NCBI GenBank assembly: GCA_048128005.1
Contig: JBEUKZ010000019.1
Coordinates: 682,001-746,000, forward strand
Length of the DNA: 64,000 nt
Reading direction: 5' to 3'
From: Veleropilina oligotropha
Taxonomy: Eukaryota
Of this stretch, positions 37,901-51,060 are shown piece by piece. Made by a program: the position numbers and the translations under genes. The notes under the pieces are model-generated. The model was not told where the DNA came from. It searched no databases and worked only from the letters and a program-made list of their open reading frames with translations. How positions within the stretch are numbered: position 1 is the first letter of the stretch; each line of letters starts with the position of its first letter.

Positions 37901-39639
37901 TGGGTATAAGTCGTCAGTGCTGGGTATAAGTCATCAGTACTGGGTATAAATCGTCAGTACTGGGTATAAGTCGTCAGTACTGGGTATAAATCGTCAGTGC
38001 TGGGTATATGTCGTCAGTACTGGGTATAAGTCGTCAGTGCTGGGTATAAGTCGTCAGTACTGGGTATAAGTCGTCAGTGCTGGGTATAAGTCGTCAGTAC
38101 TGGGTATAAGTCATCAGTACTGGGTATAAGTCGTCAGTGCTGGGTATATGTCATCAGTACTGGGTATAAATCGTCAGTACTGGGTATATGTCGTCAGTAC
38201 TGGGTATAAATCGTCAGTGCTGGGTATAAGTCATCAGTACTGGGTATAAGTCGTCAGTGCTGGGTATAAGTCATCAGTACTGGGTATAAATCGTCAGTGC
38301 TGGGTATAAGTCGTCAGTGCTGGGTATAAATCGTCAGTGCTGGGTATAAGTCATCAGTACTGGGTATAAGTCGTCAGTGCTGGGTATAGGTCATCAGTAC
38401 TGGGTATAAGTCGTCAGTGCTGGGTATAAGTCGTCAGTACTGGGTATAAGTCATCAGTACTGGGTATAAGTCGTCAGTGCTGGGTATAAGTCATCAGTAC
38501 TGGGTATAAGTCGTCAGTGCTGGGTATAAGTCATCAGTACTGGGTATAAGTCGTCAGTACTGGGTATAAGTCGTCAGTACTGGGTATAAGTCATCAGTAC
38601 TGGGTATAAGTCGTCAGTACTGGGTATAAGTCGTCAGTACTGGGTATAAATCGTCAGTACTGGGTATAAGTCGTCAGTACTGGGTATAAGTCATCAGTAC
38701 TGGGTATAAGTCATCAGTACTGGGTATAAGTCGTCAGTACTGGGTATAAGTCGTCAGTACTGGGTATAAGTCATCAGTACTGGGTATAAGTCATCAGTAC
38801 TGGGTATATGTCATCAGTACTGGGTATACGTCGTCAGTACTGGGTATAAGTCATCAGTACTGGGTATAAGTCATCAGTACTGGGTATAAGTCATCAGTAC
38901 TGGGTATAAGTCATCAGTACTGGGTATATGTCGTCAGTACTGGGTATAAGTCATCAGTACTGGGTATAAGTCGTCAGTACTGGGTATAAGTCGTCAGTAC
39001 TGGGTATAAATCGTCAGTACTGGGTATAAGTCGTCAGTACTGGGTATAAGTCATCAGTACTGGGTATAAGTCATCAGTACTGGGTATAAGTCGTCAGTAC
39101 TGGGTATAAGTCATCAGTACTGGGTATAAGTCATCAGTACTGGGTATAAGTCATCAGTACTGGGTATAAGTCGTCAGTACTGGGTATAAGTCATCAGTAC
39201 TGGGTATAAGTCATCAGTACTGGGTATAAGTCATCAGTACTGGGTATAAGTCATCAGTACTGGGTATAAGTCATCAGTACTGGGTATAAGTCGTCAGTAC
39301 TGGGTATATGTCGTCAGTACTGGGTATAAGTCGTCAGTACTGGGTATAAGTCGTCAGTACTGGGTATAAGTCGTCGGCATTGCGCTTTGTTCAATTGGCA
39401 GGTGTGGTCAAATTTCACCTCGATAAAATGGACGTCCTTGTGTGACCCCCCCCCCCCCCCCCCCCCGAGATTGGAAACAGACAATACGGCATCGATCCAA
39501 ACGAAATCGTGCTTATTAGGAAAGGTCAAGATAATAATCAGAGTTTTTTGAAAGATTTTACTAGGGTTTGATAATGCTTCATGTGTTATCAAATGTTTCA
39601 TATATTGTTACTTTCTCCAAGACTATTTTTACGAAATCA

Positions 39640-39918
39640 TATTTCTCTTCTTGAGGAACTTCCTCCCGCGATAGTATGGACATGTCTCGGTGTGAAGCTG
39701 ACGGTTTGTTAAAAACAGGACATTAAGCATCGAACCCAACCAAATCAATTTAAGATCACAGGTGAAGGTCCTGGGTTCAATCCCCAAGAATAACGGGCAT
39801 TTATCCATGATCGCTGCCTCCATTTCACACAGCACTAATTCATTTCATCATTCAATGTTGATTGACCCGATTTATGACTGAAATACTGTTGGCGTGGTCG
39901 CTAAACATCAATTCATCA
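39640..39918 (+). mobile_element. Two adjacent SINE fragments; the second ends at the RAB7 exon-3 acceptor
   Basis: ttcctcccgcgata..ggacatgtc..caggacattaagcat matches the 16101 family; then a B-box ctgggttcaatccc and the tail shared with 23884-23980. Confidence 0.6.
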
Positions 39919-39921
39919 TGA

Positions 39922-40170
<249 letters not shown>

Positions 40171-40290
40171 TAAACGTATGATTCAAAGTAGATTTTATGT
40201 CATTTCAAACAGACATGTTGACACATGCTCATATTATCATGTGAAGAAACCTCAGATTCTGAAAGATGAAACCTACTCGTTGCAGACTAA

Positions 40291-41600
40291 TTGTATCCCC
40301 CGAAATTTAACACAGTATGGTGTAAGCATCGTTCAGCCGCTGCCGCCTCGTCCGCCGCAGAGATTTTGTGTGTGCGATTTACAGTGAAAGGTTCTAATCT
40401 GATTTGATTCAAATTTGGTATGCACGTCAGTTATGATGAGGACACGCCACCTAACGATTTTCATCGTTTTCGGATCCAAGATGGCCGCCATGGTGTGGCC
40501 ATTTTGTTGGAGAGATTTCCTGTGTGCGCTCTACAGTGAAAAGTTACTATCCGATTTGATTCATATTTGGTATGAGCGTTCGTTATGATGAGTACCATGG
40601 TTCGCACAACCTTGAAAAGTACTTGAATTTGACCATCTATAATGAAAAGTGCTTGAATTTGAAAATAACCTTGAAAAGTCCTTGAATATGACCAAACAGT
40701 CTTGAATAGTCCTTGAATATCATCATGGTAACTATTTTAATATTTTGGCATTCCTATATCTTAGTTATATTTATTAACTTTATGGTAATTGCGTCTGTTT
40801 TCGTTCGCGGTGAAGTCGGTCACCATTTGTCTGGACAGATTTGCATTCGGACAGAATAAATAGATTCAGAAATCTTCGATTTTTGTGAATGTCAAGTTTA
40901 ACACTAACTCGTTGATCGGAACTAGCAGATAATGGCGAAAACAGTCGGACATTGAAGACAATAAAAGTTGTCTCCCTTGACCGACAATGTGTTTATTCGA
41001 TTTTATTCGCGAAATATGAAGGAAATTTTGTCAATAACGTGTAAATAATATAATTTTAATCAACAATTTACAACGGATATGGCAGGATATGCGTTTTTAT
41101 TAGAAATTGGCTTTCGCAGGTGGAATATGGATCGTGGATACGGGAAGTAAAAACTGACAAACATAAAGCCATGTGCGCGTTGTGCAACAAAACGATCGAC
41201 ATTAATAAAATGAAGTCCTTGAATAGTCCTTGAAAAGTCCTTGAATTTCATGTGGCTATTTTTGTACGAACCACTGTACATGCCGCCTAAAGATTTTCGT
41301 CGTTTTCGGATACAAGATGGCCACCATGGTGGCCATTTTGTTTGACGAGATTTCTTGTGCGTGCTCTACAGTGAAAAGTTATTTTCCGATTTTATTCAAA
41401 TTTGATATGCACGTTAGTTATGAGTAGGACACACCGCCTAACGATTTCCTTTTATTTTTGGATCCAAGATGGCCGTCGCGTTGGCCATTTTGTTTGAAGA
41501 TTATTTTGTTTAATTCAATCCTCATAATTTTCATTTCACTGAGAGTGATGTTGACGCGGCTCAGTCAGTGAATAGGGGCTAACATTGCAGCTAAGATATA
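40291..41600 (+). mobile_element. HINE-like element with internal repeats of about 150 bp
   Basis: ttgtatccccc head, GCC microsatellite, repeated ctctacagtgaaaagtt..ccgatttgattc..caagatggc units; same family at 44391 and 48180. Confidence 0.65.
40596..41276. mobile_element. MITE nested in the HINE; TIR ca(g)tggttcgyacaa, apparent 3-bp TSD TAC
   Basis: Host repeat gatgagtacatgccgcc is split as gagTAC[...]TACatgcc; subterminal ccttgaa repeats. Confidence 0.7.
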
Positions 41601-41653
41601 TGCTGTTACAGAGTATGCTTCAATGAATCAAATTTTAAAGATGCTCAAGTAGA

Positions 41654-41753
41654 CGTGGAGATGCTCGGGTAGCCGTGGAGATGTTCGGGTAGCCGTGGAG
41701 ATGCTCTGGTAGCCGTGAGATGCTCGGGTAGCCGTGGAGATGCTCGGGTAGCT
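41654..41753. repeat. 20-bp tandem repeat x5
   Basis: cgtggagatgctcgggtagc. Confidence 0.9.
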
Positions 41754-42038
41754 AATCCGAATGGTTTCGAGTGCCAATTCTCAATTCCCTCTCTCGACTT
41801 CTCTGTCTAACAGGAATGCTTTTGAACCTTTGTTGGGACCATTCCTTGTTCAGTTACCATGTCCATAACTGGCTGGATTTACCTGTTTATGTAAACTACT
41901 GCTGTATCTCCGCCCCTCGCATACCTTCAGGTCTAGCAGTCGGACTTTATAATGAAATCATAACTGATTTATATATATGCATTTTACTTGCTATATATAT
42001 ATATATATATATATATGGTCTTACCTGTGTTCTTTCAG

Positions 42039-42257
42039 GTTTCTGCCAAGAGGGCTCAAAGTTGGTGTCACAGCAAAGGCGACATTCCGTATTTCGAGAC
42101 GAGCGCCAAGGAGGCTATAAATGTTGAACAGGCCTTCCAAACAGTGGCCAAGAATGCTCTTGCACAAGAAACAGACGTGGAGTTGTTCAACGAATTTCCC
42201 GACCAGATCAAACTAACAAACGAACAAAAGAAACCGAGTGAAGGATGTTCCTGTTAA
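42039..42257 (+). CDS. RAB7A: Rab7 coding exon 4 (C-terminal CXC prenylation motif)
   Basis: tctttcag|[40 protein letters not shown]-stop; total CDS 618 nt = 205 aa. Confidence 0.97.
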   Translation, partial: VSAKRAQSWCHSKGDIPYFETSAKEAINVEQAFQTVAKNALAQETDVELFNEFPDQIKLTNEQKKPSEGCSC

Positions 42258-44390
42258 TTTATTGGATAAAAAAAATGCGGGAGAGAGACAAAATGAGAAT
42301 TTAATTAACGAAATAAGACTTCAACGCACCACCTGATGAATATAAGTCATGTTGACATGTAATTTTGTAAATATTCCTATATATTATATATATATATATG
42401 TGTCTGGCATATGTCGTAAAGACCTATGTTGGATTCTGCATACAGGTGCAGTCATGACGTGTTCTCTAAGAAGCGATGGATCATTACATAATTAGCAGTG
42501 ATTCACACCAGATGTTGTTTTCTGTCATAACGGGAGGACCAACCTCTCAACATTTTGTTTTACAAGCAGCTTTCGTTCTTTCTAGTATATGTATCTGTGA
42601 AACACAAAAATGATTTTATTTAGATTAAGTATTGGCATTCTGCATCTCTTTTTTCTGATATTTTTCTGTACCTAACGTCAATACACATTGTGACAATTAT
42701 AATAGATCATATATTATTTTCAAATAAAAGTATTATTTAGTCCAACATGAAAGATATTAACTAAACAACGTATCATAACATTTCAAAAGCTTATTTTTAT
42801 TATCATGAATATTGTGCCGTCTTCCTTAGTGCATGCGGCCGCTTAATTCCTCCTCCTCTTCCTTAGTGCATGCTATAAGTGTGTGCTGTTTGTGCTTCAA
42901 AGGTTGTCAATTTATTTTCATCTGACAGTGGATTCTTTTGAATTTCACAAATCCAGCATTGAAACCTTTTCAGCAATTCATTAAAGCACAAATTCCGACT
43001 CAAATGCACTTTTGTGATATATACGAGATCCATGTAGTTTGTGCCATTTCCTTATTGCTTAAATCATGATATAGAATATGATGTAGAGATATAACGGTAA
43101 TGGATATTTTGCAAACTGAAAACTTTATTGTTAGAATTATTTTAACCTGGATCTTTGTGTAGATGGCTTGTTAATAATCATCATGTGTATGGAAATTCGC
43201 TCGTAACATCCTAGTGTATCGTTGAAACGCTACTAGTGTTCATTATATGTAAAGCGGTTAATTTGCAAGACTTTTTTCCTTAGCTGAATACTGCTGAAAG
43301 TGCTCTGCACATAACATTTGCGTCATTATATCTGATCGCGTAAAAGTCTATGATATATGCAGAAAATTTATCACCCTCTAGATATTATGTACATACTGAT
43401 TAGTCATATAAAACTGTTAAATTAAATAAAGACCAAAATATAATGAATTGATCATTGCCTGTCGAGTAGCGGCGACTTCAATTTCTCATGATTGTAAAGA
43501 TATGTCCGTTTCAAGAAGTGCAATATGACGTCAAATTATTGTGTTTAATATATTATAAAATTTGTTTTGTGATCATGTAGTACTGAATATTTCTCTCTGA
43601 TAAAATAATTTGATTGTCCCTCTCTTGATTAACATATTCGTGTAAGCCTTATGTTCGCATTATGATGTAAGATCGGCAAACTTGCTGAGTATTTCATCTT
43701 GTATAAACAAGAAATGTTGATTTATGTCCAGAAACACTGAATATTATGTCATTATTTATTAACAAAATGCTTTTTGGCTTAGTAACTAAACCTCGCTTTT
43801 CTTGTTCTTTCAAGTAGCATCAGACAACATTAAGCGCTATCTAAATATGTGAAAATAGGAATAATTTTATATTTATATTGGTAATAAATATTTTTTCAAA
43901 ATTAATGAATCAGCATTTCTCATGATCCCATATGTGCAAAGGTACTTATTTCATGTCGTTGATTGTACTTTAAATATCAATATACATCTACCATGTCTAC
44001 GAGCAAATTATTTCGTGATAGCCTGATTATGCAACTTCAGGGTATAGAGCAGCTTAGTTTAATATCGTGCTTGCACACATGTATAATGAATACAAAAATG
44101 AGAACAATGAAGTTGATAATTTTAACAAAATTATGGGAAATAATTGATACATGTAACGTAATCAGGTGTCGATTGCAGTTTCCATGCTTTTGAAATATAA
44201 TATTTCCTGAAGTATACTTTGCTTAATGACCAGTGATGAAGCTGCAGTTCATGTTTTGTTTGTAGGATGTAGATCGTGTTCATTTCTATAGAATGGTCAC
44301 TCATGTACATTCATTTTGTTAAAAATAAATAGGTTTTGAACTATGTATGATCTTTCTCTGAACTTCTTGTTGTCCTCACCCCTATTATTA

Positions 44391-45245
44391 ATTGTATCCC
44401 CGAAATTTAACATTTCGGGGCTAGTATGGTTTAGTCATCGTTCAGCCGCCGCAGAGATTTCTTGTGTGCGCTCTACAGTGAAAGGTTCTAATCCGATTTG
44501 ATTCAAATTTGGTATGCACGTCAGTTATGATGAGAACACGCGACCTAACGATTTTCGTCATTTTTGGATCCACAGCCGCCATTTTGATTGGAGAGATTTC
44601 CTGTGTGCGCTCTACAGTGAAAAGTTAATATCCGATTTGGTATGCACGTTCGTTATGATGAGTACATGCCGCCTATAGATTTTCGTCGTTTTCGGATCCA
44701 AGATGGCTGCCGTGGTGGCCATTTTGTTTGATGAGATTTCTTGTGCGCACTCTACAGTGAAAAGTTATTATCCGATTTGATTCATATTTGGTATGTGCTT
44801 TAGTTGTGACGAGGACATTCCGCCTAACGATTTTCGTCGTTTTCGGATCCAAGATGACTGCCGTGGCGGCCATTTTATTTGAAGAGATTTCTTTTGCGAG
44901 CTCTACAGTGAAAAGTTGTTCCAATTTGATTCAGATTTGACATGCATGTTAGTTATGATGAGGACACGCCGCCTAACGATTTCCTTTGTTTTCGGATCCA
45001 AGATGGCCGTCGCGGTACCCATTCTATTTGAAGATATTTCTTGTGCACGATCTACAGTGAAAAGTTCTAATCCGATTTGCTTCAAATTTCGTATGATATG
45101 GACATGGTGCCTATTGATTTTTGCTACCGTGGGATACATCCCCTCGACTTGCTGGGTCGAGGATTCGCTAGTTATCTGAAACATGTAGATCGTGTTGATA
45201 TAGAAACAAGTTGCGTCCGACTTGCGGGGGATAACGATGGTGGTT
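44391..45245 (+). mobile_element. HINE-like element
   Basis: tgtatcccc head, gcgggggata 3' subterminal repeat, about five internal repeats. Confidence 0.65.
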
Positions 45246-45613
45246 TTCTCATTTCCTTTGAAAATCGTTTAGAATATGGAGCTACGCACTGCGTTGTTCA
45301 TCTTATTTGCATTTTATAAATTAGTTGTGAGTTTAATTTCCAAAATGAGCACTGGATTTCCATGTAGTTCATTTTGTTTTACATGTAATAACATTTATTT
45401 AGACACTAAAAATGGGTTCATTAGTTCATTAAAATCATATATTTTAAATTATTATACATTTTTGTAATGGTTTAAGTCGGTTACATCACTCGGTTCTGGT
45501 TGTTTAATCATAGAAGCCAGTGCAGTTAAACAACTGCTATGCTACGCTCCTCGTGGTTTAACTGCAGGTTTCTCTGATTCGACAATCGAGCCTCGTGACA
45601 TTATAACCTAATG

Positions 45614-45783
45614 ATGTTATCAGTATTGTGTGGATTCTGGCACATCGGAAACCTCGAGTGACGTCGTAGTTTTTGCGGCGGATTAATCTCGAGAACGAAG
45701 TTCGAGCGATTTATCCGCCGCAAAAACTACGACGTCATGAGAGGTTTCCGATGTGCCAGAATCCACACAATAACTGATAACAT
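45614..45783. repeat. Near-perfect 170-bp palindrome (hairpin element)
   Basis: ttgtgtggattctggcacatcggaaacctc..gacgtcgtagtttttgcggcggat and its reverse complement. Confidence 0.85.
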
Positions 45784-46325
45784 TTTTATTATATGCCACA
45801 AGTTTCTTATTAAATTGAATCGAAAGATTATGGTAATTTTAGTCACGAATCTGTAAGGGAGGTTGAAATAGTACAGGACTATATTGGAAGTAGTTCATAC
45901 GATTTGTCAGCAATTTTGAATATATAAGCAGGAGACGTTTTCCTATGAATATATAAGCAGGAGACGTTTTCTGAATCGATATCAGCTGTGTCCGTGATAC
46001 AGGGTTTCGGAAAACTGTGCTAGAATAGGCGTCCGAAAACGACTGGCATATAATAAATACGTTTATCCTACATCAGTGACTGGCTGACTTTGGAGCTACA
46101 GGCGACCTACAAGATGGCTGTCCAACACCGACTAGCAATGATTCCAGTGATTGTGCCGCCGTGGTTTTGCGGGTAGATCACAGGTCATGAGTTAAGTAGT
46201 CCGTGTCCGAGCAAGGAATAAGCATTTATCAATGTTTTCTGCTCTGAGAACATGATACAGGATGGAATCCGAACCACGTGATAAAGTCGACTTGATCACG
46301 TTCCCAGGTTTCTAGGAAACTACTG

Positions 46326-47150
46326 TTTTAGTCCCCCACCGCGAGCGAAGCGGGGGACTATAGTATACTCGCCTCCATCCGTAAGTTCATCCGTCCGTCC
46401 GAGCTTGTTAGTGCGATATCTCAAGACTGAATGAACCGATTTCATTTATATTTGGTGGATGGATACCTTTGTGGATACCGCAGACACCAGTCGATTATGG
46501 TGACCTTGACCACGTTTTCAAGGTCGCAGGGTACAGTGTACTCTTTCGCTCATTCAATTGTTAGCGCGATATCTCAAGACAGAATGAACCAATTTCATAT
46601 ATATTTGGTAGATACATGCATTGAGTGATACCGCCGACCCCCGTCGATTATGGTGACCTTCACCTCATATTCAAGGTCACATGATGCACTTTACTATTTC
46701 GCTCATTCAGTTAATTGTTGTTAGCATGATATCTCGAAACAGAATAAACAGATTTAATTTACATTTGGTGGATAGATGCATTGGGGAATACTGCCGACCC
46801 CAGTCGATTACGGTGACCTTCACCTCATATTCAAGGTCACATAGTTTTTATTGCGATATCTCAAAACGGAATGAACAGATTTAATTTATATTTGGTTGAT
46901 AGATGCATTGAGGGATATACCGCCGACCCCAGTCGATTATGGTGACCTTGACCTAATTTTAAAGATCACAGGATGCAGTTTATTCTTTCGCTCATTCAGT
47001 TGTTGTTAGCTCGTAATCTCAAAACAGAATTACCCCATTTCACCACATTCCTCCTGTCACAGGAGGCTGTTTACTGATACATTAATTTCGGCATCATAGA
47101 TGCGCTTAATAACATAAGCGGGGGACTATTGCTACTTGAGTGGCAAACAC
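46326..47150 (+). mobile_element. HINE-like element of a different family
   Basis: tagtcccccaccgcgagcgaagcgggggacta hairpin, GTCC repeats, internal gcgatatctcaa..ggtgacctt units, 3' gcgggggacta. Confidence 0.7.
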
Positions 47151-47516
47151 CCCATTTTCATTTATTATTTGTCAATCGAATTGTGCATTATTATTAGGTA
47201 ACATTTAATTTTAAAATGCTCCTATTAATTCCTAGTTTTAACACAAAAAGCAATACAACATTGAAATATTTAAATGATCTGTATTTTCATTATGATAAAC
47301 TTGCATTTCGTTTCTAAATGTCTAGTTAGTATTATTAATTCATTTCATTGCATATTCTTATCTGTCCAACACTTGACGAATTGTGTTTTAATAGGCCTAC
47401 AAATGATCTTCATAAAATTACATTTACGAACTTTTAGTATTATTTATTGTGGTTATTTCAAAACGACATCGGGGGGATCTTGCGATCGCCCAGTCTGTCT
47501 GTCCGTCCATCTGTAT

Positions 47517-47883
47517 CAGTGGCGTAGCTGCCTTTACGCCACAACGCCCGGGCTTGCACATTATTTATGCCAGAAACGAAAATATATTTTTTTAATTTTC
47601 TGCTCTGCAAACTAGAAATATTGAGGCAAAAAAAAATGTCAATTTTTGTCCTAGAATGCAGAATGCTTCTCAGAGCGTCTAAATAAAAAAAATCTTGGGG
47701 GAGCATGCCCCCAAACTCCCCTAGATATTCGCGACCTACGGCCGCTCAATCTTCAAGGCCTTCGGCCGCTCACGTACATGGCTCGACCCTGGTGCACCCC
47801 CCAACATAAAATCCGGCCTCCCCAATAGCAAAATTACTCAGATGCCTCTGGCTTGCACATAATTTTCAGCTGCTACGCCACTG
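47517..47883. mobile_element. hAT-type MITE with 5-bp TSD, nested in a HINE-like element (about 47450-48660)
   Basis: TIR cagtggcgtagc / gctacgccactg; TGTAT on both sides. Confidence 0.75.
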
Positions 47884-49392
47884 TGTATGTAATCGATATC
47901 GTTTCTCTGACACCGCTCGTCATAACTACACAAAACTGGCTGTGCCTTTTGCTAATTGCAAGGTGAACTGGAGCCTTTTGGCAGTTTCGACAATTATTAA
48001 CAGAGTTACTGCCCTTGTTGTACATTTGTTAATGTTTTCTCTTCCAGAGCGTATCTCTTACACGGCTCTACATAACTTAACGAAACTTGATGGGTGTATT
48101 AAGTAGTTGGTGAATTTGTGCCTTTTGCTAATTGCTACGTTGTGCGACGATTAATAATGGAGTTATTGCCCTTGTTGTAAATTTGTTGTGTACGCTCTAC
48201 AGTGAAAAGTTCTAATCCGATTGGATTCAAATTCGGTATGCGCTTTACTTATGATGACGATACGCCACAATGCGATTTTCGTCATTTTTGGATCAAAGAT
48301 GGCCACCGCGGCAGCCATTTTCTTTGACGAGAATTCTTGTCTGTGCTCTTCGGTGAAAAGTTCTAATCCGAATTGATTCACATTTGGTATGCAAGTTTTC
48401 AGATCAAAGATGGCTGCCGTGGCAGCCATTTTGTTTGGAGAGATTTCATGTACGCGCTTTACAGTGAAATATTTTAATCCGATTTGATTCAAATATGGTA
48501 TGCACGTTAGTTATGATGAGAAAACACCGCCTAACAATTTCAGATTCAATATGGTCGCCATGGCGTCCATTTTCTTTGAGATTTATTGTGCAGTGAAAAG
48601 CTAATATATTACAGGGATGTGGTGTTAAAATTAACGTTCCACCAGGGGGATAAGTCTTCTTCTGATGACTTGTTTATTTTAAAAATCCAACAATTATGCA
48701 CAACTGGATTCAAATCTACTTTCATTAAAACGCATCTAAAAATAATATTAGTTTATTGCCAACTAAAATATTATGTAACGTAATTTGCCGTGGGTTCGAT
48801 TGACACATGCATTTGATGACGATTTGACAACCATCGCATTGCCAGCCAGTATACCTATTAATTTCCTTTACCTCATACAATGCACATCAGCATTAAGCGA
48901 AGTTTCACATATTGCAGGGTAGAAATTATATATACATTTTTCTGTAGGCCTAGGTCTTGAAACAAGTTGAAAGTAAACAAACATTTTTCACTTGTAAAAT
49001 TTATCGTCTGTTTGCCATATCCGGTGCGGTCACTGCATACACAAACAGTTTTCTACAAGCAGCATTTAAAAACAGCAGATTTTAACATTTATTAATGCTA
49101 TTTCGGTAGTTCTGATTTACAATTTCATGTTAATTATTGACTATATAAACAAACACAAAAGTAAAAACACTTAGAATTCCGTGGTAAATTATTCTAAACA
49201 ACGAACGGTTAGTTGAATGGTTCGTATTTGATAAATAAGAACTTTCTATTATCGAGGGCAACACAATCGATAGTTTTCACGCGACGGCGTCAAATTTATA
49301 TGCCGGGGATTAAGAAATAAGTTCGTGGACAAATGACATTGTTATTTTATTAATTTTAGAGTCGGGTAAATTCAAGATAACAGAAACATTGA

Positions 49393-49540
49393 TAAAACAA
49401 GTTCAATGCCGATCTTCAAGTATGTATCACTCTCGTTGAATGAGTAAACAGATCACCTTCGTCCTGCGAACTCAGGTGATCTGTTTACTCATTCAACTCT
49501 GGTGATACATACTTTCAGATCGGCATCTCACTTGGTTTTA
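49393..49540. repeat. Long imperfect palindrome
   Basis: gttgaatgagtaaacagatcacct / aggtgatctgtttactcattcaac. Confidence 0.85.
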
Positions 49541-50962
49541 TTATTATATTTGCCGCGGTCCACCCTGACAATCTGAATGTTTGGCAGTTATGTAAATCGC
49601 AGCGCTACCCGCATGTCATGATCTCGGAGGGAATCGAGATGGAACGTCATGTGGAACTGGCCCATAATGAGGGAGGTAACCGTGAAGTGTGTGAGCTCGA
49701 GGAGAAACTATAAACCACCTCCTTTTACCTATACTAGAGTTATCTCCCATTGCATTACATAGCAATAGTGAGAAGATTACATTAATAAGAATTAGATAAT
49801 AACTATACTTGCTTCAATCATGATCATTTATTATCATCGTGTACATAATTTATGTAGTTTTAGGATTTCCATATATAGTAATTGATTTGAATCTACACAG
49901 CCAGCAAGAGAGTAGACAAACACAACAAAGCACACCCTATACATCAGGCACACTAACGACACATCAGTATTGCTTAAAGCTTATCTAGTAAAGAAAAGGT
50001 TTCTATATCTACAGACAAACTCTAACTACAATATACATAATGCTATGCAATGGCCATTACGGCGAAGAATGAAAGACAAAAACTTGCATATGAAACAAGA
50101 ACCCAAATCGTACGATTTCCGCACGCTATTTGATAATAGTTCATATAACGACCTTTGACTCAGTGACCGATCATTGAACTTAGGTCAGGCTTGATGGTAT
50201 TAATATACAAGGTCAACCAAATATAAAAGATGTAGGTCGTGACAAAACGAAAATAAGCTACAAGTTAAATCACGGAACAGATAATTGCTTCCAGAACAAT
50301 GGAGGTAAAATATTTTACTAATTCGTGTATGCATAATTATATGCAGATGAAAAGTCAGGTCCCTGATTTAAGTTGAATAACTACAATGATCGGTCACTTG
50401 TGACCGCAAATATATCCCTGGCAAATCCAAGATGGCGACCATCTTGCAGGTTGACCACACACGAATTCTATAGGTGTCGTGTCCTCACCCCAACCAATGT
50501 ACATAACAAATTTGAAAACATTCCGTTAAGAAATGACCTGTCTAGATCGATCACAGGAATCTCTCGACATAACGGATGCAAAACCATAGTATCCCTCGAA
50601 AGTTATCATGGAATACCATTATTAAACAATTTGTGAATCTAGAATATTAAATTTTCATCGCCTTTCATAGTATGCAGTACGTCTGCAGTTCTCTAATCAT
50701 AATGACAGAAATACACTTTTATCTTGATTTCGCCACGAATCCTCTGTTCTGATTGACCGACGGCCAGACGTGGTTGATGGAATCTTGTATCACAGTGACG
50801 TCACTTCTCAATCATGTTCCTTTCTGGTCAAAGGGAGATAACTCGGCTTTACTGAAACCGCCGTTTGCTATGTAAATGCTATGAACATAAATAACAAGTG
50901 TTATGAGCCAAGTCGGGAGTCTGTTAATCAAGGTAAGACAGGATAGAAATCAAGATAAATAC

Positions 50963-51060
50963 GTTGTCGAACAACGTCTTGGTAAACACGATGGATTGAA
51001 TACCGCATAACGTTATGCGGTATTCAATCAACCGTGTTCACCACGACGTCGCTCGACAAC
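50963..51060. repeat. Imperfect palindrome
   Basis: gattgaataccgcataa-cg-ttatgcggtattcaatc core with extended arms. Confidence 0.85.

Larger units (their letters stand above)
24946..39377. repeat. 14.4-kb intronic satellite: 20-bp monomer with 40-, 60- and 200-240-bp higher-order domains
   Basis: cagtactgggtatawgtcrt repeated hundreds of times; second monomer cagctgactgctctkaatag from 29235 onward. Confidence 0.98.

Noticed and set aside
24946..39377. The minus strand of the 20-mer contains CTGATGA/CTGACGA/CTGAAGA, like a hammerhead core
   Set aside because: No GAAA box or stem II in the unit or the flanks; the A/G variation fits CpG decay
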